A stretch of DNA of 64,000 nt, taken from assembly GCA_963743175.1 (NCBI GenBank), contig CAVUOQ010000004.1:58646-122645 (forward strand). The letters run 5' to 3'. A model generated the notes under the pieces. It did not search any database. It had not been told where the DNA came from and worked only from the letters and a program-made list of their open reading frames with translations. Both the position numbers and the translations under genes were made by a program. Of this stretch, positions 61,504 to 64,000 are shown in pieces (position 1 is the first letter of the stretch; each line of letters begins with the position of its first letter). Origin of the DNA: an uncultured delta proteobacterium (GTDB lineage Bacteria > Desulfobacterota > Syntrophia > Syntrophales > Fen-1087).

Positions 61504-61630
61504 AAAACAAATCTCGTATGCGCACTTGACGTTATTCTCATTCGTCATTATAATTAATCCAAAGGTTTAAAGGCCATTTATCCGGATCGAGACTTTGAAA
61601 AAGACTCGCCGGGCCCTTTTGGGTGTGACC

Positions 61631-62191
61631 ATGAGCTCCGAGCAAATGATTATCCGCTGTCTCAACTGCGGAACGAAAAATCGCATCCCCAAGCAGCGCC
61701 TGCAGGACAGGCCTACCTGCGGCCACTGCAAAGCCCCTCTGGATGAAATGATCATCCGTTGCCTTCATTGCGGGACTAAAAACCGCATGCCCGAGGATCG
61801 GATCAATGACAGCCCCAAATGTGGTAAATGCGCCACCCCGCTGGTCAACAGAAGTGATCCGGGACGCCCTGTCGATGTGACGGACGCAACCTTTTCCAAG
61901 GAAGTCATTTCCTCCTCCAGCTCTGTCCTCGTGGATTGCTGGGCGCCATGGTGCGCACCCTGCCGGGCGGTGGCCCCCATTCTCGACGAGCTGGCCCATA
62001 AATACGCCGGCGGGGTCAAGATTGCGAAACTCAACGTGGATGAAAATCCCATGATCGCTTCCCAATATACGATCCAGAGCATTCCCACCATGCTGCTGTT
62101 CAAGGATGGTAAAATGGTCAACAGGCTGGTCGGGGCACTTCCCAAAGAAGAAATCGAGCGACACCTGCTGGCGATCATGAAAACAAATTGA
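61631..62191 (+). CDS. trxC: Thioredoxin 2-like protein with two tandem N-terminal zinc fingers
   Basis: Two copies of C-X2-C-GTKNR..P-X-C-X2-C; WAPWCAPC; SIPT. Confidence 0.88.
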   Translation: MSSEQMIIRCLNCGTKNRIPKQRLQDRPTCGHCKAPLDEMIIRCLHCGTKNRMPEDRINDSPKCGKCATPLVNRSDPGRPVDVTDATFSKEVISSSSSVLVDCWAPWCAPCRAVAPILDELAHKYAGGVKIAKLNVDENPMIASQYTIQSIPTMLLFKDGKMVNRLVGALPKEEIERHLLAIMKTN

Positions 62192-62433
62192 GAGCTTTGC
62201 AGCCTCGATGAAAAAGAGGGCTTTGCATATTTGAGCCGCGGTGAGGCCATTTTTCAAAGGTCTCAAAAAGTGATGGTCAACGATGAGTGAAACCGGGCCA
62301 CAGGCGCCTGCCCCGGAATCCGACGAGGATTTTGAAAACTGCAAGGGCCAGTGCGGATATACGCAATGGTGCCGGGCCTGCATGGAAGAAAGAAAAAAAT
62401 TGCTCGACGAGGCCGAACGAAAGGAGGCAAATC

Positions 62434-62619
62434 ATGTCGACGATCAGTACGCCGAAAATACCGGATAACACCTGGAAGTGCAGCAATTGCGGAAACACCA
62501 TCCAGACCCAGATCCCCCCTCAGACCTGCCCGGTCTGTTCCCAGAAATGCGAATTCCTGAATGTGACCTGCTATCAGCCGGACTGCGGGTTCACGGGAAT
62601 GGACAACCGGCTCAAATGA
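62434..62619 (+). CDS. Small rubredoxin-like Cys-rich protein
   Basis: AAGGAGG RBS; WKCSNCG..CPVC..CEF..TCY..DCG. Confidence 0.75.
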   Translation: MSTISTPKIPDNTWKCSNCGNTIQTQIPPQTCPVCSQKCEFLNVTCYQPDCGFTGMDNRLK

Positions 62620-62696
62620 GCCCGGCAAGCCGAAATCTCCCCTGAAATCCCTCACATCCGGAAGCGGGGAACAAGCTGACAGCGAGGAGACGCTTC

Positions 62697-64000
62697 ATGC
62701 AAATCTTTGAGAATGCCGAATTCATCTCCTGCGAGGATCAGAACCGGGTCTTCCGGATTATGGTGGAAGATCGCGGCCGCATCCTTTTTACGGGTGATCA
62801 TCTGCCTGAGATCTACAGGTCCGTCCCGATGCGCATCGACCTTCAGGGGCAATGCATTCTGCCCGCCTTCGCCGATACGCACATGCATTTTGAATCCTTC
62901 GCTTTTTTCCGCTCCACGCTGGATGTCCGCCATGTGAAAAACTTTGCTCAACTGGGCGATTCTGTTCACGAATACGAAGCGAATCATCCCCGGGACAAGG
63001 TCATTCTGGGGTTCGGCGTTTCAGCCCATACGGTTGAAGAAGGGCAGTTGCCGGACCGGACCCGACTCGACCAGATCACGACCAAACCGATTTGTCTTGT
63101 TAAATACGATGGCCACGCCGCCGTGGCCAATACGGCCCTGCTCGAAAAATTGCCCCGTTCCATCGCGGCTCAGGCCGGCTTTGACAGGGCAACCGGCGGC
63201 CTTTATCAGCAGGCCTACTATGACGCCGTCAACCATCTGACCCGATCCATTTCGCTCTATCAGGTGCTGAAAAATATGCTCGGCGCATCGGATGAGTTGG
63301 CCCGGCGCGGATTCGGTCTGATCCACACCGTCGAAGGACTGGGGTTTCCGCTGGACGCCGATATCGATCTGATGCGGTTTGCCGCCCGGGGGCTGCCGCT
63401 TCAATATCGCATCTATTTTCAGACCATGGACGTCCGGAAAGTGATCCGGCGCAACCTGCCCCGGATCGGCGGATGCTTCGCCACGGCCCTGGACGGCTGC
63501 TTCGGCACGGAAGACGCCGCCCTGAGCGAACCTTACTCGAATAATCCCGCCAATCGGGGGTTCCTGGCCTATTCGCAGCAACAGGTGAGCGCGTTCGCGA
63601 AAAAGGCAAACCGCATGGGCCTGCAGGTGTCCCTGCACGCCATCGGAGACGCCGCCGTTGCGCAGGCGATCATCGCCTATGAAGACGCCCTGATCGATTT
63701 CCCCCGGCAGGACCATCGCCACGTGATTATCCACGCGAACCTGATGCCGCCCCCCCTGCTGGAGCGCGCGGCCAGGATGGGCATTCATATCGCCCTCCAG
63801 CCGCCTCTGCTCCACTGGGAGCAGGAGCCCCTGAGTTATCTGACCCATATCCTGGGCGACCGGGTTCACCGTCTGATGCCGCTAAAAAACATGCTCGATT
63901 ACGGGTTGACCATTGCCGGCGGCTCCGACGCCCCCTGCTCTTACCCCGATGCGATCCGGGGAATCCATGCGGCCTGCAACCACCCCGCTCCGGATCAGCG
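62697..64000 (+). CDS. Amidohydrolase 3 (YtcJ-like), partial at window end
   Basis: Hand translation MQIFENAEFISCED..LPAFADTHMH, YDGHAAVAN, LHAIGDAA, IIHA, GGSDAP; open to the window edge. Confidence 0.9.
   Translation, partial: MQIFENAEFISCEDQNRVFRIMVEDRGRILFTGDHLPEIYRSVPMRIDLQGQCILPAFADTHMHFESFAFFRSTLDVRHVKNFAQLGDSVHEYEANHPRDKVILGFGVSAHTVEEGQLPDRTRLDQITTKPICLVKYDGHAAVANTALLEKLPRSIAAQAGFDRATGGLYQQAYYDAVNHLTRSISLYQVLKNMLGASDELARRGFGLIHTVEGLGFPLDADIDLMRFAARGLPLQYRIYFQTMDVRKVIRRNLPRIGGCFATALDGCFGTEDAALSEPYSNNPANRGFLAYSQQQVSAFAKKANRMGLQVSLHAIGDAAVAQAIIAYEDALIDFPRQDHRHVIIHANLMPPPLLERAARMGIHIALQPPLLHWEQEPLSYLTHILGDRVHRLMPLKNMLDYGLTIAGGSDAPCSYPDAIRGIHAACNHPAPDQ

Noticed and set aside
383-63869. 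Long antisense and alternative-frame ORFs (e.g. 5059..6423, 13757..15130, 41208..42641, 56618..57958, 63021..63869)
   Set aside because: They shadow well-supported genes in GC-rich DNA and show no recognisable motifs
1-64000. tRNA, rRNA, integrase, transposase or selenoprotein genes
   Set aside because: None recognised by eye; a tRNAscan/Infernal/HMM run would be needed to exclude them formally

Overview
64 kb of a GC-rich anaerobic deltaproteobacterial-type chromosome (Syntrophales-like gene content; this is an inference). The core genes are an LPS/Kdo operon (DegT-family 3' end, hldD, kdsB, acyltransferase), M23/bactofilin, ilvBNCD with a leader-peptide attenuator, PBP1A, tatA/B and tatC, HDAC, gatCAB, mtnA, aat, a divergent PEPCK, mutY, ybaK and trxC. 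The most notable structure is an ~18.5 kb island sitting in the 5' end of mtnA. A 32-bp direct repeat brackets it, and a second mtnA 5' end with its own promoter restores the gene. The island carries TRAP and SSS transporters, three CoA-transferases, an acyl-CoA dehydrogenase, two PAS regulators, a GGDEF gene in a duplicated end-module and an integron-cassette-like DJ-1 gene, but no integrase. A second islet (higBA, WD40-caspase lipoprotein, Mut7-C) is bracketed by a duplicated higA 3' end. Three families of short palindromic/MITE-like repeats fill intergenic spaces. About nine single-base frameshifts, including three in gatB, are most likely sequencing errors. No rRNA, tRNA, CRISPR array, integrase or transposase was seen.
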